Source: Tubiluchus corallicola (lineage: Eukaryota > Animalia > Priapulida). From it: 64,000 bases of DNA. Under the pieces are notes generated by a model that saw nothing but the letters and a program-made list of their open reading frames with translations, ran no database searches and was not told the DNA's origin. Positions within the stretch are counted from its first letter, which is position 1. Every line of letters starts with the position of its first letter. Of this stretch, positions 13,535 to 26,276 are shown in pieces. A program made the position numbers and the translations under genes. The stretch spans positions 1 to 64,000 of the forward strand of contig JAQGDQ010000484.1 of NCBI GenBank assembly GCA_030141605.1, read 5' to 3'.

Positions 13535-13890
13535 AACTAAAAAACTCATTAACCTCGCCGCTCATGCTGCTGCGAGATGCTGATCTTTTGGATGAGTTTA
13601 AAGCGCTAAATCCTTTCGAAAAGTTGCATAATTCAGATTATCTTTTGTATTTGACCTTGTCACAAATTGCTTTGCTGATCTTTTGGATTTGACCTTGTCC
13701 CGAATTACGTCACTGATCTTTTGGATGAGTTTAAAGCGCTAAATCTTTTCGAAAAGTTGCATATTCTACATTATTTTTTGGGATTTGACCTTGTCCCGAA
13801 TTTCTTCACTGATCGTTTGGATTTGCCTTTGTCCCGAATTGCGTCACTGATCTTTTTAATTTGACCTTGTCAAAAATTGCCTCACTGATC
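13535..13890 (+). repeat. Dispersed repeat with internal ~38-bp tandem units (copy 2)
   Basis: Same start and tandem units as 9705-10000. Confidence 0.75.
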
Positions 13891-14325
13891 ACCAGTCACA
13901 AAGTAATTTAAAGTAAAATTAATGGACCTACGTAATTGTTGACGTAGTGGATTTAACGTTTAGCACCCAGTGAATGTTAGTTTAAATGTAATGGACTTCA
14001 TGTACATGTGGAAATCAATTTGGTTAGTTTTTGCCACGTGATTTTTATTTTAACAACATCCGTTGTGTCCATTAAATTAGTGAATAGACGTCCAGGTTAC
14101 GTCCATATTGCGAGAAGTTGCTCTCTACTCGTGCTATCATTTATAATTGATATTGATACTTGTACATTCAGTCAACACTTAAGTATTTGATTGTTCCTGA
14201 TAAGATCAATTAATTAATTAGTTAAGGTCAGCAAAGAAATGCCATCTAAGAAGTATTGTTATCCAGCTTAGTGCTAATGATGTGTTTAGGTTTGCTGAAA
14301 TTGACTTTGACAAGGAATGACGGAT

Positions 14326-14837
14326 GGGGAAGGAGTTTACAATTCCCCACACATTTAAATACCCTAACCCTCACCTAGCCCTAACACTAACCCTTACCCT
14401 AACCGTAATGCTAATCCTAACCCTAACCTAGCCCTAACATTAACCCTTACCCTACTCCTAACCGTAATCCTAATCATAACCTTAACCTAGCCCTAACACT
14501 AACCCTAACCCTAAACCGTAATGCTAATCCTAACCCTAACCTAGCCCTAGCACTAACCCTTACCCTACCCGTAATCCCAAGCATAACCCTAACCTTAACC
14601 TAACCCTAACTCTTACCCTAATCCTAACCATAATCCTAACCCTAACCTAGCCCTAACTCTTACCCTAATCCTAACCATAATGCTAATCATAACCCTAACC
14701 GTAATCCTAATCTTAGCCCTAACCCCAACACCAACTCAATTCTCAACCCAACCCTATCCGTAACAGTAATTCTAATCCTAACACTAATCCACATTATGAA
14801 CTAATTTCTTGTGTGTGAGGAACTGTAAACTTTACCC
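14326..14837. mobile_element. TIR-bounded element filled with degenerate (CCCTAA)n telomere-like repeats
   Basis: Left end ggggaaggagtttacaattccccacac; reverse complement of the right end gggtaaagtttacagttcctcacacac. Interior 14362-14790 is CCCTAA variants. Confidence 0.7.
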
Positions 14838-14984
14838 GATGAATGGAACAGAGTCGTTTCTGTTACCATTTAGTTTTGATACCAAATCCACGTTAGAACG
14901 ACTAATTGGGAGAAACTCAGGGATTGGTTACTAATAACCGTAACTGATATTCAACAATATATTCTACCGTAACCGGTACTCCCT

Positions 14985-15175
14985 CTCAGTAAGCTCTGCG
15001 TGACGTGACATCATAGCATTGAGTGTCATGGCGGGCTGGTTGTTTACTGTACTACCTTTCAGTAAGCTCTGTCTGACGTGACATCATAGCATTGAGTGTC
15101 GTGGCAGGCTGGTTGTTTACTGTACTACCTTTCAGTTTACTTTGCCTCCACATCATAGCATCAAATGTCATGGTG
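14985..15175. repeat. ~74-bp tandem duplication (about 2.5 units)
   Basis: tcagtaagctctg...gacatcatagcattgagtgtc...gtactacctt repeated. Confidence 0.8.
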
Positions 15176-15405
15176 TGCTGTGCCAACGGCATGCAATCTA
15201 AGTAACAATATCACATAAAAGTATGCATCAGAAGTATGTTAAAACTTAAGAAATATGTAATTCCGCCTAGCCTATAAAGGAAAATAACATTTAAAGTAGT
15301 GTCACAGGATCTTTAAATTACACGCCAAATTTTTCTATTTCCGTACATTTCGGTACAGGTCCTTTTGCTTTGCCTTTGTTTGATGAGTATCTATTTTCAT
15401 TTCAG

Positions 15406-15544
15406 GAACAGATTTGGTGGTGGAACGCGAGCTTCTCGTGTCTCTTCTCTCTCATGTGTTTCTCTCTACCTTCCCAATTTTGCACGATGCGGGATCAGGG
15501 TCACGTTACCTCAACTTCATAGACCTCTTTTCAGCTGTGCCGTG
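15406..15544 (+). CDS. PARG-like gene, first confidently placed internal exon (accessory helical region)
   Basis: tttcag acceptor, gtaagt donor, phase 1 to 2. Translates TDLVVERELLVSLLSHVFLSTFP...YLNFIDLF, matching the PARG 'SQEQIASLLANAFFCTFP...INFNRLF' segment. Confidence 0.8.
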
Positions 15545-16402
15545 GTAAGTGATAATAAGCAAGTAGCTTAACACTGAGCTTAAGTAAGTGATAAGTAAGT
15601 AGGTAACACTGAACTTAAGAAATTATAGGAGAATAGATGAGTGGTCACGGTGTGTGCTTTGCTGCACAACTGGGCCTGGCTTAGAAATATATGGTTGACT
15701 GTTTGAAGAACTGCTTTAGTATCTGTGTATATTTTTTTTCTTGCTGGACACTCAGAATTGCCATTTCAACATTTTGTCTGAGAATATTATCATTGGTACT
15801 ATGTTCCAGTCATGCCACAACCATCTACGTTAAGTGAGTGCCAACTATATGAATAAAAAAAGAAAAAGATGCAGAAATGGGATTCTGCACACTTGCACTG
15901 TTCTCGTTAAAATTGTAATTACTTGCAACCAGGTGGAAACAATAAACACTGGCTTCTCGTCCAGTGGAAGTGCTAATTGTGCAATCAAGGATGTTAGAAC
16001 CCGCAAATTTTTTCAAACTGTTGTTGTCCACTTGAAAGAAAAGTTTTAATTTCTGATTTGATCAGTAGATGTCACTACGAGAAAGTAAGTAGTCACCAGA
16101 CTTGACTGACTGGAACTGTGTCTGCACTGTTGAACAACCTGACATGGTAAACCAGTTTCTCATAACCTGATCAGTGACCTCTTCTGGTGAAATTCAGTAA
16201 CTGATAACCACTTTCTCACGACAGTGACTTCTTTGTGAAGTGATCTCTCGTAAAGAAACTCATTTTTCTTCGGATTTTCAACTCATTTTTGATGATAAAT
16301 GTGACCAGCACATTACACTTTTATTCAAATTTGCAATAAATAATTACCATAGTTAAGCGATCATTTAGTGTTGTTATATTGTTACCACAAAAACGCAATG
16401 AT

Positions 16403-16794
16403 AAGCCTTTTCACAGTTCCAGCGATTGATGATGATCCTGAAAAGGTCAAATGTTAATTGAATCAGACAACGCATTTGTGTACACTTGACAATGCCTCGC
16501 AGCCCAAGCTGTTATAATAGCAACAGTTTTAACAGCTAGCTAGAACCATACCCAGTTCATTTTTTCTTGTTTCCAAGCAAGATCCTGATAGTAAATCACT
16601 CTACGTCCAGACTAATGCATAATTAAGTAAAGTACACATTAAACAACTGACGTTACTGAACTGACATGGCAGACGGCCTTGCTTTACCCACACGTTACTT
16701 GACGGTTGTAGTTAAGAACGCTTTGCTATGGTACACTTAACCTTTGACCTACAGCAAACGCATACACGCGCACAACGAAACTGTGAACAGGCTT
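16403..16794 (-). mobile_element. MITE family A copy
   Basis: TIRs agccttttcacagttcc / gaaactgtgaacaggct; reverse complement of the family body. Confidence 0.8.
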
Positions 16795-17790
16795 TTTGCC
16801 CAGGAAAAAATAAAAATTTACTAAAATTACCGCGAATTATTCACCCTGCCATTTTAGTCACATTATCTTTATCTTCGTCTCCATTATCTTTACATAACCA
16901 AACTGCGGATGCGGATGCAAGAAGAAGCCTGCTATTAGCTGCAGCCTAGCCTATTAAATTGACCTGTTTACATGTCTAATGTGTGGTAATTAACAGGCTT
17001 TGTCCATTTATTGAATACCTGACACGATGCTTGAACAAAAACCTGCATTGTGCCTTACTGACAGCATCAGCATCGACTTTCTGCACGTCTATTTTGCGCC
17101 ATACGCGATAACAACACCTGTGTTTTTAGTGTGCATGACATAGTGCTCTGCTATGTGTTTATTTATACTTTGTTGTTATACTGTTATTATACTTTCATTT
17201 TCATTTTCAAATGGATATACCCGTAGTACATAACTTGTAAGACTAATAAGCAAGCTAGCAAGTTTTATTCTTTTTTTCTCCTCATCTCCTAAGTAATTGT
17301 TGTTCTTTCTCATACTTACTTTTTCTCATAAATTTTTCTATATTACACTTTTTTGATGCTTATTTTTTCTTTCCATACTCTCAGTTTTTAACTTTAGTTA
17401 CTAACCTTTGTCAAATTCACCTGTTAATAAGAACGCATTTGAAACTACTACATAATTATAATAATCCTAATTACTGAATAATTGTATTGTTTTGTTTAGA
17501 TTTAGGTGTCTAACTTTATTACTTTTTGTTTTCAGTTTTTTTGGATAATTTGTATCATTTATATTATTATTATATTATATTTATTATTTATATTTATTTT
17601 TGTCTTATTTGTTTTTGTTATCTGCAGCATCGCCATTAATTTTTAATATACTAATCTATTTATAAGAAAGGGCAGGAGACTAGATGAGCCTATGGTCCTT
17701 CCCTGCCCTACTCCATGATTATAATTACTTAATATTTAAAAAACTTTTGATGTTAAACTAATTGGAGAAAATAAATGTTCTATGTCTATG

Positions 17791-18118
17791 CATTCATATC
17801 TCGATTTGCTGAACAAAAGTCCGTATTTCCCAGCACTAAGCTAATACAACAACGCTGCGTGTAAGACTCTCAATAGTATTGAATTAATCGTCTAACTGTC
17901 TAGTACGGGCCGCTCCTGACATACAAGCTACATACGTGCCTTTACGCCATGGTTACACTGATGTAATGATGTAAACAAAGTGACGGCCCGCCAACTAGCG
18001 GTCAGTTCGCGAAACAACGGATTGTGTCCGACTAGTACGCGGGACTTAATGGTCCAGATTTTGTACAATTTTTTCGATATCCGTGAAAGCGAGGTCCAGC
18101 AACCCGAGAATATGAGTG
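17791..18118 (-). mobile_element. MITE with cactcatat-type TIRs (uninterrupted copy of the host element at 48782-49817)
   Basis: cattcatatctc...aatatgagtg termini; body is reverse-complement similar to 48782-49817. Confidence 0.65.
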
Positions 18119-18513
18119 CATATTTTTTTATACAGTTTATTAAAAAATGCCAACTCACTGTCCATGTTTAAAAAATTATATGAATCACACTTACTTAAAA
18201 CGTATAACTCATTACTCAATCATGACTTGTTTTTGTTTTTCATTTTCAACAGCTTCTCCTCTAGGACAATAATATAGTTATTAGTTCCCACCTGTATATA
18301 TATCTGCAGTGCACACCTCCATATAGTCTAATCAAGTGTTGCCTCCTCCACAAATGCTTAGCGAATGTGTTAAAGCATTTATCATTTCTCTGTACCGTGA
18401 ATCAGTTTACAATAACTTTACATCGTAATTATGAAAAGCCCACTGCTAACTCACACTAACTATTAGTAATACAGTAATAAGCTGTGGCATAGTATAAGCT
18501 TGTTTACAAGTTT

Positions 18514-18765
18514 TGACCACGGTTTAATCTGGTGGTAATGCGTCTGCTTTCCGTCTGGGAGGTCGTGAGTTCAAACCAGCATCCGGGTCATACCAAAGAC
18601 TTTAAAATGGTACCTGCTGTTGCCCTGCCTGACGCATGCTATTTAGGGTAAAAGTGGGGCAATAATAGTCTCTGTTATGTAGTTGTGTGTTGTTATTTAC
18701 AGTCGGCAATAATAGCCCTTTGAGCTAATGTTAATTGTTGACCCAAAAACCGACTTTAAACAAAG

Positions 18766-18819
<54 letters not shown>

Positions 18820-18825
18820 GTTATT
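18514..18825 (+). mobile_element. tRNA-derived SINE, probably MetaSINE-type, with (TTA)n tail
   Basis: A-box-like tggtggtaatg, B-box gagttcaaacc, then cgggtcataccaaagactttaaaatggtacctgctg (recalled as a Meta-domain-like core), then (TTA)n. Confidence 0.65.
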
Positions 18826-18994
18826 AAGTCTGTAGCTGAGAATTCAAGAATTGTATCCTAATTTTGTTGTATTAAAGAAAATTTGATTTATAATTGTACT
18901 TGTGATGCATAAGTAATTGTTTATTATGCGGAATAAATTCATTAAATTGAAAATTCCATTTGCAGTATTGATTTTCTTTTGTTTTATATTGCAG

Positions 18995-19088
18995 TCTGGT
19001 AGCTTGTAGTCAGCTGGACTGTGTTCTTCAGTATTTTCTTGAAGTCATCCAATCTCCGTTGGCAGGATCAGTATGTTTTAAAAAACTG
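18995..19088 (+). CDS. PARG-like gene, internal exon
   Basis: ttgcag acceptor, gttagt donor, phase 2 to 0, compatible with both neighbours. LVACSQLDCVLQYFLEVIQSPLAGSVCFKKL resembles PARG 'KLKTLFCYFRRV...PTGLVTFTRQ'. Confidence 0.75.
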
Positions 19089-19288
19089 GTTAGTCATGGT
19101 TGTTGTCATCGTCATAGTCGTTGAAACTGTTGTCGTCACTACCAAACCAAAACTCACCATGCATCATCACCGTCACTGTCATTTCATCATCATCATCATT
19201 ATTTTGATCATCATCTTCGTCATTGTAGTTGTCATCGATTTCATTGAATATGATAGATCATTTTCATTATTACTATTCTCATTGCAGT

Positions 19289-19661
19289 AAACCTTTTCAC
19301 AGTTCCACTGATTGATGATGATCGCAAAAAGGTCAAAGGTTAAGTGTACCAGACAAGCATTTGTGTACATTTGATAATGTTTTGCAGCCCACGCTGTTGT
19401 AATAGTAATAGTTTTAACAGCTAGCTAGAACCTTACCTAGTTCATTTTTTCTTGTTCCCAAGCAATATCCTGCTAGTAAATCAATCTGTGAACAGACTAA
19501 TGCATAATGAAGTAAAGTTCATGCATTGCAGCTGAAGTTACTGAACTGATGCGACAAATGGCTTAGCTTTACACAAGTCACGTGACGGTTGTAGTTAAGA
19601 CTCGTTGCTGTGATACACTTAACATTTAACCTACAGCGCCCAATGAAACTGTGAAAAGGCT
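19289..19661 (-). mobile_element. MITE family A copy, inserted into a (CAT/CGT)n tract
   Basis: TIRs aaccttttcacagttcc / gaaactgtgaaaaggct, TA on both sides. Confidence 0.8.
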
Positions 19662-21639
19662 TATTACGATCGTCATCATCGTTGTCATGATCGCCATCAT
19701 CATCATCATCGTAATCATTATCATCATTTTTCCCCTCGTCATTGCATCTTTAGGACTATTGTCATTACCGTGTCATCACTGTCTTCATTATCAGTGTTGT
19801 TCTGTCGTTTTAATCCATTGTAATTATTATAGTCATCATCTTCATTATTATCATTGTTGTTGTTGTCGTCGTTATCGTCATTGTGTCATAGTTAGCTTCT
19901 AGTCTTATTCAATTTATTTATTTTTAGCTATGTTCGTGTATGCTATGTTAGCTAAGTTAAAATCAACAATTTCTTTACTACGTATATCGTATTATTAGAA
20001 ATGCACAGAAGCAATTGTCCTTTCGCTCAAAGTATTCTGGTTTCTCCTAACGTAAAGTTATTAGTCTTTCGAGAGTTGGATGCAATGTCGTTGTCATGAC
20101 GATGGCACTGTTTGCACAGGCTTATAGGTAGACATGAAAAATTTAAGTGAAAAACGAGATGTTTTCGCTCTAATCCTTGACCCTAAGACTCAGGGGTGGG
20201 GGTTGTTGTCATTAATTCGGCTGTCATAATTATTGAAAGACCACAGAATTTTAGTAAGGCAAGAAACACTACTTAGCCGTATTGCAGTATTCCTCAAGGA
20301 TTTATCTTTAGGCCATTTATCAGAGGGGAATTGCTGACAGAAAATAACAGCAAGTCTGGTCAGCATATGGATGGTTGGTTGCAAAGAGTGGTAGGTTTAT
20401 CTGCTGTGGCACTACGTCCAGTTATTTCTATCATTAAGGGAGGATTCATGTATGTGCGACTTTTGCCAGTTCCGTATCTCATTTTAGGGGATTCTCTGGA
20501 TAACGAATTGATTCTGGTCCTTCCTCAGTGTACTTTTGCAGTGTGTTTGCTCCTATACATATAAAATGATCTTTATTTGCCATTAAAATACATTGATCAT
20601 CACTGATAAAAACTTTACAGAGATGATCAATCAGTCTTAGTTAATAAAAACTTACACTGCTAAAGGCAAATGCGTCAGTGCAACCTAAACTACTGTGAAG
20701 TAATGGAAAGTAACGACGAATAAAATCAAACGTATTTACAACTATGCACAAAAAATGAAAAAATATGATTTAATTGATATGGCCGTGGATATACAAATTC
20801 TGAATTAATGTGTATGTTGTCGTAGTGGTGTGATGGTATTTCATATCTGGTTAATATTAGTGATTTTAATTTTGTTTTAAATGCTGAGAGGGATTTGATT
20901 TGTTTAACGTGTAATGGTAGAGAATTCCAAAGTAGAATTGCTTGCTTGATTACAGAGTTCGTTCCATAGTGGGTATTTGTCCTAATTTGTCCTCAATAAA
21001 TTCGCAGTGTATTTGCACAAGACACAGCTTTTGTTCGAACTGAGTGTGCCAAAACTGTACCATTCCTTGTGCTTTGATGTAGCCTGCATTGTTCTTTGAA
21101 AACTATAAGCATTACTCGTGTTTGACAGTAACTGCAATATTTCACTCGGCCAAAATTACTGGTCTCGTGGTCCCTTCTCAATTTGAACAGAAACGAGAAC
21201 GGCTAATAAAAGTTGCTAATATCGGAGACGGTGCCGATATTACGGTACTAAAGGGATACATTTTTCTTGAAATGGCATATAAATTGCTGCATTGAAATTT
21301 GGTTTCAGGAAATTTCCGCACATTCAATAGCGTAATATTACAAGTCAATAGCCTCAGGCAGCTGGGGTTTGTCGGGCCATTAAACGTTAACGAGATATAA
21401 GCAGTACGATCAACACGATTGTTTTCAGTAGAAATCTTTGGCTGAATAAAGCAAACCCTGCAGGCAGAATTTGAATCTAAAACCTCAGGTCGATTTATTT
21501 TAGATTTCTTGGTCTGTTCTATTGGTTTTTTTACGCAGAGAGAAAACAAGGATTATTGCTCATTTTTCTATAACTGATTTGTCCAGTGTAATGCAATTAG
21601 GACATGAAAGATTAGATTTTCATATATCATTATCGCTCG

Positions 21640-22065
21640 GGGGGGGGGAGGAGCATTCTCTATAGAAAGCGAATTCGAATCGAATCAAATTTATGACTTT
21701 CGAATTCGAATCGAACCGAATTTCAGAATTTCGAATCCAAATCGAATTCAAATTGAGTTTGAAAGATCTTTGCACAAGTTTTCGAACCACTAGTAAAAAT
21801 AGTAAAAAGTGGCCTTGCAATGATCATTGCAATTGGATATTACTTGATTTTGTTCCGCAGTAGAACCACTATTAGTTTGTTAAGAATTTAGCACAAAAAA
21901 ATGCAGCTAAATTGTGTCAATTTCATGCTGTTTCAAACATTCTAATGATAAAGAACGTGTGTGGTTGAAGTGCTGAATTAATCGGATCTATAACTTTAAG
22001 GTCAGATCAAGTTCAAACTCAAAAAAATTGTTCGAATCGAGTTCGAATGTTTGATGCTCACCCCT
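21640..22065 (+). mobile_element. hAT-type MITE family B copy
   Basis: gagcattctcta...gatgctcacccct, closely similar to 6143-6530. Confidence 0.78.
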
Positions 22066-22439
22066 AATTAGCGAGTGGTCAATGCTGCTACTTTTTTGCA
22101 GCTCACGTAAAAATCAGACTCGGTCTTCAACGAACCCAGATCCAATTTGAGCAGTATATGCTGAGCACTGAAAGAACGAGAAGCATTTTGCACCATAATG
22201 GCATTATTATCACTTATTTTCAAGTGTCAGATTTCAAAATCGAAATTGGCAGCATCAGTATTGTGCTTTATTTTTGTAATTAACCAACACGTGTATGCCG
22301 AAGGCACTTATAAGAAATCTTGTTACCATTCAATTATCTCACTGTGAGCACTCGAGATTCTGCCGTAGCTGGTTGTCATCATTTTTCAGATAGTGAATTT
22401 ATGTTATTAGTAAAAGATTACCTGTTTCTATGGCTACAG

Positions 22440-22559
22440 GTTATGTCGGATAAAACGCAACCAACGTTGGAAAGATGGCTCACATGCGACAAGATACTTT
22501 CTCCGGTCGTCATCAATTCGGCTGTCGTAATTGACGAAAAGCCACAGAATTTTAGTAAG
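22440..22559 (+). CDS. PARG-like gene, internal exon
   Basis: ctacag acceptor, gtaaga donor (alternative gtaagg donor after 22554). VMSDKTQPTLERWLTCDKILSPVVINSAVVIDE resembles PARG 'PEWERCEKPLTRLHV...GTIEE'. Confidence 0.7.
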
Positions 22560-23240
22560 GTAAGAAACGTTACTGAGCCAGTGATCTATTGCAGTATTCC
22601 TCAAGGATTTATCTTGGGGCCATTATTATTTATATTTTATGTTAATAAGGTTTTCATTAATTCAGCTGTCACAATTTGTGGGAAGCCACAGAATTTTAGT
22701 AAAGTGAAGAAAATTTATATTAATTTTAACCCAGTGATCTATTGCACTATTTCCTCAAGGACTTATTTTAGGGCCACTCTTGTTTATCTTTTATATTTAT
22801 AATGTCATCATTAATTTGACTGTCATAATTGATGGGCGCAGGAAGTTGTCAAGGTAAGATGTATTACTTGCCTAGCCAATAATCTATTGCAGGGTTCCCC
22901 AAGGATTTATATTTGGCCCACTATTGTTTGTCTTTTATATTTATGAGGTTTTCATAAATATTTTCTTTTGTCAGAATTTATGAGAAGGCACAAAATTTTG
23001 GTAGGGTGGGAAATAGTTCTGATTGATTCCAGTGATGTTTCAGGGTATCCCTCAAGGATTCACATTTCTGTCTTTATTGTTTATATTTTGTATTTATGGT
23101 GTTGTCACTAATTAGGCTGTCAAATTTGCTGAGTAGAATTTATGTAAGGTAAGAAGTATTACTTACTTAACGCAGTGTTCCATTGCTGTGCTTCTCAAGG
23201 CTTTGCGTTAAGACCCTAATTGTTTATTTTTTTATGTTTA
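22505..23240 (+). repeat. ~145-bp degenerate tandem repeat (about 5 units) built from the exon 3' end plus a LINE RT fragment
   Basis: Unit encodes VIYCSIPQGFILGPLLFIFYVN (LINE RT GVPQGSILGPLLF..YIND). Dispersed copies at ~10270-10440 and ~20205-20320. Confidence 0.75.
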
Positions 23241-23282
23241 GTATCCTGTTGTCATGAAAACATTTATAAATCTTTGACTGCA

Positions 23283-24002
23283 ATAGTTCTGTGGCGTAAT
23301 TATTGGCCTACTGCCATTACAAGTTTAGTTGTTTTTTGGCATGATTATTGGCCTTCTGCCATTACAAGTTTAGTAGTTCTTTGGCATAATTATTGGCCTA
23401 CTGCCATTACAAGTTTAGTAGTTCTTTGGCATAATTATTGGCTTACTGCCATTACAAGTTTAGTAGTTCTTTGGCATAATTATTGGCCTACTGCCATTAC
23501 AAGTTTAGTAGTTTTTTGGCATTATTATTGGCCTACTGCCATTACAAGTTTAGCAGTGCTTTAGCATAATTATTGGCTTACTGCCATTACAAGTTTAGTA
23601 GTTCTTTGGCATAATTATTTGCTTACTGCCATTACAAGTTTAGCAGTGCTTTGGCATAATTATTGGCCTACTGCCATTACAAGTTTAGTAGTTGCTTGGC
23701 ATAATTATTGCCCTACTGCCTTTACAAGTTTAGTAGTTCTTTGGCATAATTATTGGCTTACTGCCATTACAAGTTTAGTAGTTCTTTGGCATTATTATTG
23801 GCCTACTGCCATTACAAGTTTAGCAGTGCTTTGGCATAATTATTGGCTTACCGCCATTACAAGTTTAGTAGTTGCTTGGCATAATTATTGCCCTACTGCC
23901 TTTACAAGTTTAGTAGTTCTTTGGCATAATTATTGGCTTACCGCCATTACAAGTTTAGTAGTTGCTTGGCATAATTATTGCCCTACTGCCTTTACAAGTT
24001 TA
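23283..24002. repeat. 39-bp minisatellite (~18 units)
   Basis: Unit gttctttggcataattattggcctactgccattacaagtttagta and variants. Confidence 0.95.
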
Positions 24003-24187
24003 GTAAGTGGAGATTTTGTACCTTTGTACTGTTTCAAACTTGTTCAAAATGAAAAAAGGGACAGTGGAGAAATACATTTTACGCTCGTTTTTTAAACCTG
24101 TTTTAACTTTGTGTTGATTTTGATTTTGATGTTCTCTGATCTGTGTAATCTCAGTTGTAATCTCATTGGTTAACGCATTACATTGTT

Positions 24188-24620
24188 GTAGGGGGAACAT
24201 TCTCTACCAGAAAGCGAATTCGAATTTGTGACTTTTGAATTCGAATTGAACCGAATTTCAGTGTTTCGAATCCGAATCGAACTCCAATTGAGTTTGAAAG
24301 ATTTTCAAACAACTTTTCGAGCCACTAGTAAAAAGTGATCTTACAAATATGATATAAGTTTTACAAGTTACATGCATAACTTGCATAGTTTTTCTCTGCA
24401 GTAAAACCACTAATAATTTGTTTAAAATTGTGCACAGAAATCGCTGCTAAATTATGCTAATTACATGATATTTCAGTTGTTTTAATGATAAGGAACGTAT
24501 GTGATTGAAGTGCCGAATTATTCAAGTCTATAAGTTTAGGTTCGAATCGAATTCGAACTAAAAAAACTCGTTCAAATCGAATACGAAGGTTTGAACTCGA
24601 ACGTTCAATGCTCTCCCATA
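24188..24620 (+). mobile_element. hAT-type MITE family B copy
   Basis: tagggggaacattctcta...aatgctctcccata. Confidence 0.78.
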
Positions 24621-24734
24621 CTGACGAAGCTTTCTCTTCTGAGTCTCAACATGGGAAACCTCTTTGCTTTTCCTAACTTTCTGTGTGCACTTTGGCACGA
24701 CGTCTATAGAATCAAATATGTCTTTTTCTTGCAG

Positions 24735-24875
24735 GGAGCTTCTGCTTGCATACACCCGGAGCTTCTAGCATCACTGGTACTGATAGAGAGGCTGCAATAT
24801 GATGAACTCATTGTTGCAGATGGACTAAAGGGCCTGTCTTCTTATTTTCAATCACCGTTTCAATTCAGTGATCAG
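24735..24875 (+). CDS. PARG-like gene, exon covering the region just after the catalytic motif
   Basis: ttgcag acceptor, gtaccg donor, phase 0 to 0. GASACIHPELLASLVLIERLQYDELIVADGLKGLSSY aligns to PARG '[38 protein letters not shown]', but no Glu-Glu precedes PEL. Confidence 0.85.
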
Positions 24876-26080
24876 GTACCGTCGTGTTAATTAGTAGCTA
24901 ACAAAGTCCCGCAAAAGCAGGGTTCGCATGGTCTTGGTAAAATCCCGGAAAACCCTTGAGAATATAGGCTATCCTGGAAAGGTCGAGGAAAAAGATTTGG
25001 TAAAAAGTCAGGGAAAATGGAAAGGGTTGCAAAAATAATCACCGTGAACCGATATTTTTCCAAACATATTTTTCAGCATTTCATGTTCAAATAAAATTTT
25101 GCTGTGGCAGGCTCCTAGTTTTGATTTCTTTTCCAAAAATAATGATTGGTCGACACGTTATATATCAGTATATGTATGAATGTCCATACACAATGTATGA
25201 ATATGTATACAGTGATACCTCGAGACACGAAATTAATTCGTTCCCGAGGGGCTTTTGTATCTTAGAATTTTCATATTATGAGACAAGGTTTACCACGTTT
25301 TACCCCCCCCCCCGATAACAGTGGTATAAAGTGTAAATATTGTACCCACCGAAGAATTGTTGTTTGGTGTGGTGTTTTGTTTTTGTGTTTTTTTTTGGGT
25401 TGTTGGTTGTGTTTATAATATATATATATATCATTTTTATTCATACTTGTGGTACAATCATATCAAATAAACAAATAGATCAACAAGCAAAATAACATTA
25501 ATTAACAAAATTAGCAAGCAATGTGAATATATGCAATTAAGTGAGAGTAAGATACGTTAGTATGGCGTACAACTCATTCCTGTCAAAAAAATCAAAACAA
25601 TTACGTTCTTTAATGAAATTTACAGTCCATATTTGTTCTTTGCTAGTATTACCTCTTACATCCAATGTAAAAGAAAAAACTTTAGAAAGAAAATTTTCAT
25701 TTGTGTAAAAAGTTTTGTATTCATTACAAGAACATAACAAATTATGATCCATTATAGAAGAGGCATGAAATCGAGAGTTATGTGCAAAGAAATTTGGCTA
25801 TGTGATTTTCACTATATAAACCTGGTAACGCTTTACCAGGCGGCGTGAATATTTTAAATTATTAACAATTTTCTTTTCTAATTACGTAAGTCTTTCAAAC
25901 ACTTAATGTAAATGTTAACTAATATAACTTTATATGGAAAATGTTTTGGATAGACTTAAATATTCCCTTTACTCCCCTTTTCACGAGATGCAGCACTGTT
26001 TGTGCTGTTTTCCCGAAAGTTTAAGGTCCTGTAACGGAAGAGGAGTTAACCTGTGTAAAGCCATTATGTATTTATTTCAG

Positions 26081-26201
26081 GATAGCGGAAGCACCGCACG
26101 CATTTTGCCCGGAATTGCGAGTCCACTGAAACCGCCGTGTTGCAGTAATACTTTGGATTCTCAGTCGGAACTCCTCCAACAGCTCAATCAAACCTTAGCT
26201 G
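26081..26201 (+). CDS. PARG-like gene, internal exon
   Basis: tttcag acceptor, gtataa donor, phase 0 to 1. Ends ELLQQLNQTLAG, equivalent to PARG 'RELNKAYCGF'. Confidence 0.7.
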
Positions 26202-26276
26202 GTATAAATGGGTTTGCTATTGTTCTGCATGCCTTTACCTAGGTGATGTTAAACGATACAAATTTGACAGTACTAT

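Noticed and set aside
18514-18590. tRNA gene
   Set aside because: A/B-box-like motifs without a convincing cloverleaf, continuing into a SINE body and (TTA)n tail.
19090-19902. His/Ile/Val-rich ORFs
   Set aside because: (CAT/CGT)n low-complexity intronic DNA interrupted by a MITE.
22320-22802. 160-aa ORF as an intact reverse transcriptase gene
   Set aside because: Only a ~30-aa RT motif remnant, repeated and degenerate; the ORF also runs through a host exon.
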